64,000 nt of DNA from positions 3,469-67,468 of the forward strand of contig CAZSFD010000014.1 in the NCBI GenBank assembly GCA_964606085.1. The letters run 5' to 3'. Origin of the DNA: an uncultured Anaerolineaceae bacterium. GTDB taxonomy: Bacteria; Chloroflexota; Anaerolineae; Anaerolineales; UBA4823. A program made the translations under genes and the position numbers. The notes beneath the pieces are model-generated. The model saw only the letters and a program-made list of their open reading frames with translations. It did not search any database and was not told the DNA's origin. The number at the start of each line of letters is the position of its first letter. Within the stretch, counting starts at the first letter, position 1. Below are positions 29,201 through 35,321 of this stretch, piece after piece.

Positions 29201-29974
29201 CTCGTTCCACAGTGTGCCGCGCGTGCCGCGCAGCGAACCGGGGTAAGGGTCGAAGGCGAAGCCGCGCACGAAGGCGAAGAGCGCCAGCGGGTCTTGTGCA
29301 AACTCAGCAGATTTCCACAGCATGTCGGCGTCGTGTGAGTTGGCATCCAGCGTGGGCGTGGTGTAGGCGGCGGCGATGCCGGTCGGGATGATCGTGGCAG
29401 GGTGGGCTGTAACGGAGACGGTCTGTCCCCAATACGTGGCCGAAGCCTGCGCACCGCTATCGAGATTGATAAAGTTTGACCCGGCGGCAGGCGTTTGCAC
29501 GGTCAGCGTGAGCGTTGCGCTGGCCTGCGGCGGCAGGTCGGGCAGGCTCCAGGTGATGGTGCTGCCGCTCTGCACCGGCCCGTCCGAGGCAGACACAAAA
29601 GTGGTGCCAGCGGCAAGCGTATCGGCCAGGGTGAGGCCGCGCAGGGTGTTGACATCGTCGGTGGGGTTGAAAGCTGCCAGGATGTTGACCGTGTCGGTGG
29701 GTGTGGTGGATGGCGAAATATCGGGCAGGCGCGTGGCTGGCAGGTTGTTGGTGAGGACGAAGGTGATCGTCGTCGTCCCGGCGGTGTAGGAAGATTGGAG
29801 GCGCGAGAGCGAGAGGGGGTGATCCAACGTCTGCGCCGGGGCAGCGGCGGTTTGCGCATCGGGCGCTGGCGGAACTTGGGGCGTGGTCACGGCTGCCTGG
29901 ACGGGCATGAAGGCGAAGAGTTGGGCAATGATGACCAGCAGCGAAATGGCTCGGAAGGTGATGGAACGGTGCAT
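20231..29974 (-). CDS. Giant (3,247 aa) secreted mosaic surface protein: DUF11-like, transglutaminase-like, Ig-like arrays, jelly-roll modules, FG-GAP propeller
   Basis: Uninterrupted ORF with AGGAG 7 nt upstream of the ATG and a signal peptide MHRSITFRAISLLVIIAQLFAFMPVQA. Segments seen in order: DUF11-like LADTLAAGTTFVSASDG..TWSLPDL; transglutaminase-like LLIAMLRAAGIPARY / HWWVEAYLPASGWTNLDPS; four jelly-roll-like repeats; eight D.D.DG..E(I/V)V blades; NEW3/CARDB-like LPAGWSG..APGSYAVGV modules. Confidence 0.85.
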   Translation of the reverse strand: MHRSITFRAISLLVIIAQLFAFMPVQAAVTTPQVPPAPDAQTAAAPAQTLDHPLSLSRLQSSYTAGTTTITFVLTNNLPATRLPDISPSTTPTDTVNILAAFNPTDDVNTLRGLTLADTLAAGTTFVSASDGPVQSGSTITWSLPDLPPQASATLTLTVQTPAAGSNFINLDSGAQASATYWGQTVSVTAHPATIIPTGIAAAYTTPTLDANSHDADMLWKSAEFAQDPLALFAFVRGFAFDPYPGSLRGTRGTLWNEAGNSLDQSSLLIAMLRAAGIPARYRHGTLSTADAQVLINGMFPAAQGVAGYLPAGAATADPANDAALLALVQDHWWVEAYLPASGWTNLDPSFAEAEVGDVFATPGSNDRLAELPDATRQRVTFALEVEQYSSFPVGGLNLTSFTPLTATFAMPELAAKAVTFGHIVNTAIQGGVVTNILHTYTPYFAVGGDEVLFLGDDFQDLLTNFPLASHFTLAEWLHVTIQDGNGNVTDSFTRELKDLLGLETRLHGGNPVIALPADNAPFATFDDLFAAWFLPNALKNQQYARKAQAENARAILATAQMTQNLPADLSTPAGGAALREMMLKYIQARNEQYALAGLEFAKLADSTQRDIEASLRVKWVYEQPRVIIASSARQSDGSVYQALDLRSTEAKIVVAPGQSPQAAFSAQWLKGVAESYFEGQAIFRLTGQAPLTVSRLFDEMAGQGIQPVWIAPGDTALLGLYFSGSSYAYAEKALLEGKAILIPAAPVMVDGAAVLGWWEVDPQTGQTVSVMENGLHLSAVEYEMLSNIIDFALLVQDGAEIQQAVSDLWTCIEQAVVPALRGNPGGPTNCLDGWSPPGPGLRPQAASWRYLPAYLCPGETCGIEQFALRYPDQAPIPLPEIPFGYHDGFAGESWGGRVIEVTDGGGGSPAFSLDVTPPSGSVLPGETHTFDISAAANFAGLVDVWAYAPDDFLLTFDETTLEALVTPLPGVAAGNYTVRIVGQARQHPEATAVIETTISVSNANAITLDWQAEPNISVPVGAALLDAKANETNDGESEVPNAAYRLQVENLTSQPKTITLNITGAPADWLILNGERQSATSLSLAPNARATLGLYVSPPTLPAPGTSLTLNLSASDGSALSDSATINWLMPSQPFNFVTFQPSTLYLAPNTAADFDLSITNVGNAPGSFPLNVILPPNVGSVTGLTSPVTLDVGASAAQTATFTAASDLPLGVRFPLVIGSPAPGSYTQYALANVQIVSELSGAVFQASENAATVCTLGEPGLSAALNALALAMTTLESACQNGDCHPIPRDQVVSAAYSVALYAGAVHDGLDGAAALVAAADSLAAHTDPADVTADLQAISAAVTTLDGEVCAWSQHAPELRWTPFYGAALTDQTLPYTLTLTNRGSLQTTYAFTVSLPGGTLEGGQVTLDPGGTETRPYNLVQPAVGVYDLEAAVTVVAHGEISAYSPAKFNVVDKFVQITAVRPTPAFVETGSSSTTLFVDVANIANIVQNATARAAISAPDGTLTHSSETPVTIRVGAPRSYELQTVDTSGWAAGIYTVTVELLDGNGSLIPTGSNYAYLGVGQLLGVSHSTTPLLVPPGEFTVTTAITTEIIIPGIVPQNHPITQSRNQNSAINNQQSEISFPPLAPQSTFAITRTQNAALAYTGSWATVSNIFASHLSDGSYTASATPGDTASLAFNGAWVHIGFAKARNGGIAEIFVDGISRGTVDLYHPVQQCFISECASSAAFSGLGEGAHTLEIVVTGQSHPNASGAEIKIDYVDTWDGTLYPDGLYEHNDPRIMIQPGAWFTVTQAEASGGSYMQDGAINNNQSAWLPFTGDSASFVALARYDSHRVHVWVDGVWQGDVLIYAGQPVTRTYSFSGFGPGPHVMQIGTFRGEANVDAFITPAVGPDYDPPSDTGLVRYEEDHPALRYNGSPFTHRPNTWGAENAPQASEYAYAVSNTPGNTVSFDFYGSWLEIGLRTRNRGGLADVSIDGVSYGSINAYTPGEDVAAYPFDVITGTHTVTITVLGISDPPNGYNQVYLDYVEFWDGSPVSDDFQNARRGQESARVHVSSSASDAAHPNAFQGDFVDSGLPNSNSNVWYSFVGDSVTVYGLSVNDNTHAEIYIDGVLTDTIRFDYPFSVQPLAFHYTGLPYGPHSIRVHNVWEMRVDGFAANQPALPYQPIAEWWDDTPAGNGAPFFGTYGIAAGMAVGDVDADGRPEIVVSADDVINFGTLFVYRGDGGDTGDGDPIVWSHDFGGGTFRTWVSSPALGDLDGLPGAEIVVAAGDQLYAFHGDGSTYWVTDTVSIFETLTAPAIANLDLDPEPEIVVNAGNRLEVRAHDGELLWSTVYPQEVNPPVLADLTGDGLLDIVLTGWDDEVFVYDFNYGSPQLAWSATLTSTMAGTFGAPAVADIDGAQPGGDPGPEAAFAHNGALTVLDGPDGALLWTTPLEAGNPGGVSIADIDGDGEIEIVTGMKHEFETGRFGKLYALNADGSLLWSVIAEDSTSANNAAVMDLDGDGIYEVAWNGKEQGFTIFDGATGDVLFDEPLANSFTGTDYPLIADVDNDGQAEVVVAALRGLRVFGNGPLWTEARPLWNQHSYHITNINDDLSLPFSEPNSWEVHNTYRTQTHLRYPMLSFAVALTHTVGLDSLTVLTDTFNVQPSTLALPTFTWDYAQTWETPVITRTFDVQLADLQPGETRLVAQATSVDYTLPSGQNHLELPPLYVSVPHIIALDPAEQAAPNGATVTFNVTLSNPGPSGVLYTPGVTPLPGVTWGPLDPVNVPANSAVTVPLTAAIAPDATPASLPFGVFVDGDQAGGILTLTGPALLVEITPDSAGVPTGETAAYTLTVTNLEAAARTYDLAFSGLAVLDLPAQVSVPANSAAEISFSAQAVSEGGNPFTVIAAYAATGASASATAVISGEGAHLVAVTLDPATAASGPGALTALTVVIANLGSLPDTYNLSAALPAGWSGQLTLLGQPVSAVLVAPGAGNAVTLQWLVSPAATAAPGSYAVGVTAQSARAAATGDGVVQVGSLGVSVAFTGGPASLQPDGSGVWQVNVSNPGSSSGTFDLAAFGPLAAFATLSPASVTLNAGQSQTVQVTVSGLDGLIAGAAFLGLHAQSTAQPAIEDQATTEVTITPLEGVELAWQPATQSIESGSAAFGLVVTNTGSTLATLDLSITSDPAASLSLSSATLTLPAHATATLLVWVTPSGDGTYTLTATATGSSTSANATATLTMGEEETLRKIYLPLIFRNGP
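25097..25161 (-). repeat. Heptamer/octamer repeat tract translated in frame inside the giant ORF
   Basis: The minus strand reads AATCACCCAATCACGCAATCACGCAATCAGAATTCAGCAATCAACAATCAACAATCAGAAATC and encodes NHPITQSRNQNSAINNQQSEI. It shares the ..CAATCAGAAATC end and AATCA(R)C units with the intergenic element at 13273-13305. Confidence 0.75.
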
Positions 29975-30094
29975 GACTTACTCCTGAGGGCGGTATAATC
30001 ACCCGTATCAAGGATATTGGTAAGTTGGATAAATACCACTAATTTTATCCGAAAAACACCTGGAAAATGCTTAAAAATACAATAGTAAGCTGCG

Positions 30095-30439
30095 ATGACC
30101 AATTACACCCAACTCCCCCCCGAAAAACTCGAATATATCGAAATTGCCCCCCTGACCGATTGCCCCCCCGGAGAGCGCCTGTTCGTGACGATTGAGAATG
30201 TCCCCATCGTCATCTTCAACATCGCTGGCGGGCTGTTTGCCATCGAAGATACCTGCACGCACGATGGCAACCCGCTCGACGATGCCCCGCTCGAAGGCCA
30301 TGCCGTGGTTTGCACCCGCCATGGGGCGCGCTTCGACGTGCGCAGCGGCAAGGCCCTTGCCATGCCGGCCTATGAAGACGTGTCGGCTTACCCGGTGCGG
30401 GTGGTTAACGGTCAGATCGAATTGGGTTGGCCGGTGTAA
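30095..30439 (+). CDS. Rieske [2Fe-2S] ferredoxin-like protein
   Basis: CTHDGNPL...VVCTRHGARFDVRSG matches the C.H ... C..H Rieske ligand pattern. 114 aa. Confidence 0.85.
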   Translation: MTNYTQLPPEKLEYIEIAPLTDCPPGERLFVTIENVPIVIFNIAGGLFAIEDTCTHDGNPLDDAPLEGHAVVCTRHGARFDVRSGKALAMPAYEDVSAYPVRVVNGQIELGWPV

Positions 30440-30448
30440 CCGGCTGTT

Positions 30449-30472
30449 TGCGTAAGCCCTTACGCACTTTTC
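30449..30472 (+). terminator. Short hairpin with T-run after the Rieske gene
   Basis: TGCGTAAG / CTTACGCA stem followed by CTTTTC. A second 10-bp stem, GGTGGTACGA / TCGTACCACC, lies at 30477-30511. Confidence 0.4.
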
Positions 30473-30550
30473 AAGATGGTGGTACGATCAGGGGCGCTTA
30501 TTCGTACCACCTCAACCTTTTCTATTTCCCCTCCCCCTGAATAAATTCCT

Positions 30551-31789
30551 ATGAATACCTCCCCTCAGCAATCCTATCGTGTTCGCGCGGTTCATTGCGA
30601 TTACCGCGTGCCAGATGAAGAAGTTTATCAGGCCCTCCAGCGCGCCACCGAACCCCTTGAGCGCGCCTGGGATCGGCTGAAACGGGCGCGGCGTATCGCC
30701 ATCAAGATCAACCACGATTGGCAGCCGCACAAGCTGGTCACCTACCAGGGCCACCGCCAGCAATTGGTGGGCGATGCCGTCGGCCGGGCGGTGCTGCGCC
30801 TGCTCAAAGAGCGCACGACCGCCGAAATCTATGTGGTGGATGTGGGCGTCGAAAGCCTGATGCTCGGCCAGGAGCGCGAGGCGGGCTATCTGATCCTGCC
30901 GGTGCTGCGCGAATTTGGCGTGCCGTTGATTGACGGCGTCAACGACCCGGTCAAATGGGTCAACGTGCCAGGCGGCGGACAGATGTTCGAGCGCTACCCC
31001 ATCCCGCAGTCGGTGGCCGATGCCGATGAGGTGATCTCGGTGCAGAAGATCAAAAATCACGCTTTCATGGGCGTGACCTTGTGCCTGAAGAACCTGTTTG
31101 GCCTGCTGCCGCTGCTTCCGCATGGCCGCCCGCGGCATTATTATCACCACCTGGTGCGCATGCCCTACATGCTGGCCGATATTGGCAAAATTTTCGACCC
31201 GGCGTTGAACATCCTGGATGGGTTGGTGTGCCAGGCCGGGCAGGAATGGGGACCAGGCGATGAGCCGCGTATCTGCAACACGCTGGTGGCTGGCGACCAC
31301 GCCATTGCTACAGATGCGTGTGCCGCCCACCTGATGGGCCACGATCCGCAATCAGATTGGCTGACTCCGCCCTTCCACCGTGACCGCAACGCTTTGTTGG
31401 TGGCGGCGCAGGGCGGTTACGGCACGGTCAACCTGGCAGAAATTGATTTCCAGTCGGAAGTGCAAGCGCCTATCGGCCAGTTCTTTGCCAAAGAATATGA
31501 TTCGCGCCAAATGGTCGCTTCGTGGCAGCGCACCACCTGTGAGCAGGGCCTGTATTACCGCGACCACCAGAAAGAAATTGCCGCACAGTATGCCGGGCAG
31601 TACATCATGCTGCAAATGAACGAGGTGCGCTGGGCCAGCCCCGATGGCCGCTTCAACATCAGCCGCCGCATCCTTGCGGGCGGCAACCCCGAACAGGCCA
31701 TGTGGCTCAAATATGTTGACCCTGAGGAAGATGAAGGCGAGCATTACGAAGTTTACGAGAATTTTCTCAAGCATCCGGCTTTCCAGTAA
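30551..31789 (+). CDS. DUF362-like protein (cytoplasmic) with ~100-aa C-terminal extension
   Basis: Motifs seen: RIAIKINHDW, VQKIKNHAFMGVTLCLKNLFGLLP, NTLVAGDHAIATDACAAHLMG. These resemble the DUF362 pattern also seen in the paralog at 39155-40249. Confidence 0.65.
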   Translation: MNTSPQQSYRVRAVHCDYRVPDEEVYQALQRATEPLERAWDRLKRARRIAIKINHDWQPHKLVTYQGHRQQLVGDAVGRAVLRLLKERTTAEIYVVDVGVESLMLGQEREAGYLILPVLREFGVPLIDGVNDPVKWVNVPGGGQMFERYPIPQSVADADEVISVQKIKNHAFMGVTLCLKNLFGLLPLLPHGRPRHYYHHLVRMPYMLADIGKIFDPALNILDGLVCQAGQEWGPGDEPRICNTLVAGDHAIATDACAAHLMGHDPQSDWLTPPFHRDRNALLVAAQGGYGTVNLAEIDFQSEVQAPIGQFFAKEYDSRQMVASWQRTTCEQGLYYRDHQKEIAAQYAGQYIMLQMNEVRWASPDGRFNISRRILAGGNPEQAMWLKYVDPEEDEGEHYEVYENFLKHPAFQ

Positions 31790-31836
31790 GGCGAATTAAT
31801 TTCGCCCTACATTTTTAACCCATAGGAGAATTTTTC

Positions 31837-33105
31837 ATGACCCCCGTTAGCGAAGAAAACGTCAACCGGCTTTCCCGCCCATCAGACTTGAAGATCACCG
31901 ACATGCGCGTGGTCAATCTGCGCCATTTGCCGATGGATGAAACCCTCATCCGTATTGACACCAACCAGGGCCTCAGCGGCTACGGCGAAGTGCGCGATTG
32001 GGCCAGCAAAACCTACGCCCTGATGCTCAAAAGCCGCATTTTGGGTGAAAACCCCTGCAATGTGGATAAGGTCTTCCGCAAGATCAAGCAGTTTGGCTAT
32101 CACGCCCGGCAGGCGGGCGGGGTATGCGGCATCGAAATGGCGCTGATGGATTTGGCCGGCAAGGCCTATGGCGTTCCGGCCTACATGCTGGCGGGCGGCA
32201 AGTTCCGCGACAAAATCCTGTGCTATTCTGACACCGAATCGGAACCCGATGGCCTGGCGATGGGCCAGCGCCTGAAAGAGCGCATGGAGCAGGGCTTCCG
32301 CTTCTTGAAGATGGATTTGGGCATCGGCTTGCTGCGCAACGTGCCCAACGCCCTGATCGCCCCGCCTGGCATGCTCGACCGCTACGACATCATGCACCCC
32401 TTCACCGGCATCCAGATCACCCAGATCGGTATTGATTGGCTGTGCAATTATGTGGAACAGGTGCGCTCGGTCATTGGCTACGAAGTGCCGCTGGCGATCG
32501 ATCACATCGGCCACATTGGGTTGGAGTCGTGCATCCGCCTCGGTCAGGCGCTCGACAAATATACCCTGGCCTGGTACGAGGACATGATCCCCTGGCAGTA
32601 TACCGACCTGTACGTGCGCCTGTCGCAATCGGTCAACACCCCCATCTGCACCGGCGAGGATATTTATCTCAAAGACGGCTTCAAGCCCTTGCTCGAAGCA
32701 CGCGCTGTCGGCATCATCCACCCCGATCTGGCTTCTTCCGGCGGCATCCTGGAGACCAAGAAGATCGGCGATATGGCCCAGGAATATGGCGTGGCGATGG
32801 CCATGCACATGGCTGGCACGCCGGTGGCGGCCATGGCGGCTGTCCACTGCGCTGCGGCCACCGAAAACTTCCTCGTCCTCGAAAATCACTCGGTGGACCT
32901 GCCCGAATGGAACGACCTCGTTACCGACATGGAAAAGCCGCTGATCCAGAACGGCTACATCACCGTCCCCGAAGCCCCCGGCCTCGGCTTTGGCGAACTG
33001 AACGAAGAAGTGGTGCGCAAATACATGGATGAACGCGACCCCGGCTATTTCGAGCCGACCGACGCCTGGAATAACGAGCGCTCGCACGACCGCCTGTGGA
33101 GCTGA
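31837..33105 (+). CDS. Enolase-superfamily enzyme (mandelate racemase/sugar-acid dehydratase-like)
   Basis: The N-terminal capping pattern is KITDMRVV...GLSGYGEV. Barrel segments include LKMDLG, AIDH, WYEDMIP, CTGEDI and HPDLASSGG. Confidence 0.8.
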   Translation: MTPVSEENVNRLSRPSDLKITDMRVVNLRHLPMDETLIRIDTNQGLSGYGEVRDWASKTYALMLKSRILGENPCNVDKVFRKIKQFGYHARQAGGVCGIEMALMDLAGKAYGVPAYMLAGGKFRDKILCYSDTESEPDGLAMGQRLKERMEQGFRFLKMDLGIGLLRNVPNALIAPPGMLDRYDIMHPFTGIQITQIGIDWLCNYVEQVRSVIGYEVPLAIDHIGHIGLESCIRLGQALDKYTLAWYEDMIPWQYTDLYVRLSQSVNTPICTGEDIYLKDGFKPLLEARAVGIIHPDLASSGGILETKKIGDMAQEYGVAMAMHMAGTPVAAMAAVHCAAATENFLVLENHSVDLPEWNDLVTDMEKPLIQNGYITVPEAPGLGFGELNEEVVRKYMDERDPGYFEPTDAWNNERSHDRLWS

Positions 33106-33119
33106 TCTGAGGCTATTCA

Positions 33120-33203
33120 CCACAAAGGACACAAAGGGACACGAAGGGTTTTCCCTTGGTGAACCTGGCGATACGAAGTATCGCGGTGTCCTTTGTGGTT
33201 TTA
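33120..33203 (+). terminator. Compound hairpin terminator built from 9-10-nt repeats
   Basis: The outer 13-bp stem pairs CCACAAAGGACAC (33120-33132) with GTGTCCTTTGTGG (33186-33198) and is followed by TTTTAAAA. Inner hairpins are AAGGGTTTTCCCTT and CGATACGAAGTATCG. The left arm contains GACACAAAG / GGACACGAAG repeats. Confidence 0.65.
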
Positions 33204-33208
33204 AAACG

Positions 33209-33880
33209 ATGCAGATCGATCAAATCATCCGCTCGAAACGCAAAACGGTGGCGCTGATTGTCGAAGCCGATGGCCGGTTGGTGGTGCGCGCCCCGCTGCG
33301 CCTGGCCTTGCGTGATATTCAAAAATTTGTGGATGCCAAACGTGCGTGGATTGAGCAGAAACAGGCGTTGGCGAAGGCGCGGCAGCCTGCTCCGCAACCG
33401 GCCAACCGCTACGCCGAAGGCGAGACGTTTCTTTACCTGGGACAGCGCTACCCCTTATCGCTTGTCGCTTCGTCCCGCCCGGCGCTGCGCCTGGAAAACG
33501 GGCGCTTTCTGCTGTCGAAAACGGCCCTGGCGCAGGCAGAAGATTTCTTTGCCGAGTGGTATCGTCAGCAGGCCCGCCAGGTTTGCACAGAGCGGGTGGT
33601 TTTTTATGCTGCCAAAATGGGGGTGACGTATGAGCGCATTCGCATCTCCTCGGCGCGCACGCGTTGGGGTTCGTGCAGCAGCCGCGGCACGCTCAGCTTC
33701 ACCTGGCGGCTGATGCTGGCCCCGCTGGATGTGGTGGATTACGTGGTGGTACACGAACTGGCGCACCGCCGCGAACCCAATCACTCGCCGCGCTTCTGGG
33801 CGGTGGTGGAGCAGTTCATGCCTGATTATAAAAAACGCCGCGAGGCCCTCAAAAAGGCCGCCGCGGCGTTGCGTTGGTAA
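33209..33880 (+). CDS. YgjP-like (DUF45) zinc metallopeptidase-fold protein
   Basis: Motifs seen: MQIDQIIRSKRKTVALIV start, WGSCS, VVHELAHRREPNHSPRFW. The track start at 33029 overlaps the previous gene and the terminator. Confidence 0.85.
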   Translation: MQIDQIIRSKRKTVALIVEADGRLVVRAPLRLALRDIQKFVDAKRAWIEQKQALAKARQPAPQPANRYAEGETFLYLGQRYPLSLVASSRPALRLENGRFLLSKTALAQAEDFFAEWYRQQARQVCTERVVFYAAKMGVTYERIRISSARTRWGSCSSRGTLSFTWRLMLAPLDVVDYVVVHELAHRREPNHSPRFWAVVEQFMPDYKKRREALKKAAAALRW

Positions 33881-33922
33881 AAAAGACTTCCGCAGTCTGT
33901 TGGCAGACTGCGGAAGTCTTTT
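33881..33922. terminator. Bidirectional 19-bp perfect hairpin between convergent genes
   Basis: AAAAGACTTCCGCAGTCTG (33881-33899), loop TTGG, CAGACTGCGGAAGTCTTTT (33904-33922). A-run and T-run flanks are part of the arms. Confidence 0.8.
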
Positions 33923-33944
33923 GCGTGTACCGGGGGAGAGCGCA

Positions 33945-35321
33945 CTATTTCAGCAAAACCACCACGCTAAACTTGGGCAGTTGAAATGCCAGCACGCCAT
34001 CGGCGGTGGTGAGCGTTTCGCCAGGCTGGTTGAGCGCGGCTTCGCTGTGGATGGTCATGGTGTAAGCGCCGTCGGGCAGTCCGCTGAAACGCACGTTTTC
34101 GGCAATGCCGTTGTTGACGATGTACAGGCTGAAGCCGCCATCGGGCCGCATCCCCGCGGCGAAGACGATATTGCTGGTGTCGCGCGAGCTGCCGACGATT
34201 TGCGTCCCCGGCGGGAAGGCTGCATCCATTTGCCGCAGCATTTCGAGCGCGGGGTAGGGGGTGTTGCCATCGTTCAGCGCATAGTCGCCGCCCATCATTT
34301 CCCAGTAATAAAATGTTGTGGCGCGGCTCATTTTCAGCACGCGGGTATAGGAATAGGCCAGCCGCCGGGCATTTTGCCAGCCCGGAAATTCCTTTGAGCG
34401 CCGCCACAGTTGCGCATCCCAGCCGCCCTCGGTGCAGCGGGCTTCGAGGCCATTTTCGGCGGCCCACTGGCTCAGCCGGGTAATCGTTCCGTCGGCCACA
34501 TTGACGCCATCCCAATTGTGGAAGGCCAGCGGCCCCAGGTAAGGGCGGATGTCATCGTTGGCATAGATGCCCTGGGCATATTCCAGGCAGCCGCCAATCG
34601 AGGAGCAATCGGCCAGCAGCCAACGGGTGTTCAGGCCCAATTCGGCAAACCGTTTGCCGCCCAGGCGGATCATTTCGGCATAATCGGTGGGTGAGAGCAG
34701 CACATTGATGCCGATGTTGGCTTCGTTGAATGAAAAATAGGCCACTTCCACGCCGTAGGTTTCTTGCGCATGGAGCAGCCAGGCGGCGATGGCTTCGATG
34801 GCTTCAGGATAGCGCTCCCGCGGGATGATCTGCGCGCTGCCGTTGTTGGGATTTTCCACCAGCCAGGCGGGCACGCGCCAGATACTGGCGGTCAGTTCCA
34901 CGCCTTGCGCCTGAAGTTGCTGCATGAGTTCGAAGGTGGCGTGATTGTGGGCGTCGTCTACGAAGGCGGCGGGGTCGGTGGCTAGCGGGTCATCGTTGTC
35001 GTTGACCGGCTCCCAGGCATCCAGTTCGATGGCGAGGCGGGCAAAGCGCGGTTGCAGGATTTCGAGATTGAGCGCCGAGATGGGTTCGGTGGCGGTGGTG
35101 GTTTGCCCAAAGTAGTGGATGAAGTTGCCACTGCCGATATGCGCCACAGTTTGCAGTGGTTGATCGGGATAAATTTCAAAGGCGGCAACGTAGGGCGTGA
35201 TGGTGGGTGGGGGCTGTGTGGCCGTGGGGAGCGGGGGCTGTGTGGCCGTGGGTGCGTTGCGGCAGCTTGCAAGCAGCCAACCTAACAGGAGCAGGGCAGT
35301 AAGTCGGGCTATGTCAGTCAT
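33945..35321 (-). CDS. Putative lipoprotein glycoside hydrolase (clan GH-A-like TIM barrel plus beta-sandwich)
   Basis: The start MTDIARLTALLLLGWLLASC gives a lipobox, followed by a PT linker. Candidate acid/base is SFNEAN and candidate nucleophile is CTEGGW. The family is not assignable by eye. The start at 35321 overlaps the upstream stop by 8 nt. Confidence 0.55.
   Translation of the reverse strand: MTDIARLTALLLLGWLLASCRNAPTATQPPLPTATQPPPTITPYVAAFEIYPDQPLQTVAHIGSGNFIHYFGQTTTATEPISALNLEILQPRFARLAIELDAWEPVNDNDDPLATDPAAFVDDAHNHATFELMQQLQAQGVELTASIWRVPAWLVENPNNGSAQIIPRERYPEAIEAIAAWLLHAQETYGVEVAYFSFNEANIGINVLLSPTDYAEMIRLGGKRFAELGLNTRWLLADCSSIGGCLEYAQGIYANDDIRPYLGPLAFHNWDGVNVADGTITRLSQWAAENGLEARCTEGGWDAQLWRRSKEFPGWQNARRLAYSYTRVLKMSRATTFYYWEMMGGDYALNDGNTPYPALEMLRQMDAAFPPGTQIVGSSRDTSNIVFAAGMRPDGGFSLYIVNNGIAENVRFSGLPDGAYTMTIHSEAALNQPGETLTTADGVLAFQLPKFSVVVLLK

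Noticed and set aside
29994-29999. TATAAT at 29994-29999 as the promoter for the Rieske gene
   Set aside because: The -35 match is poor (ATGACT with a 15-nt spacer) and overlaps the giant ORF start codon. The element lies about 95 nt from the Rieske ATG. It is too weak to list as a feature.
31882-33132. 416-aa minus-strand ORF opposite the enolase-superfamily gene
   Set aside because: It is a shadow ORF. It has no recognisable motifs, and the plus-strand frame carries the enolase-superfamily pattern.
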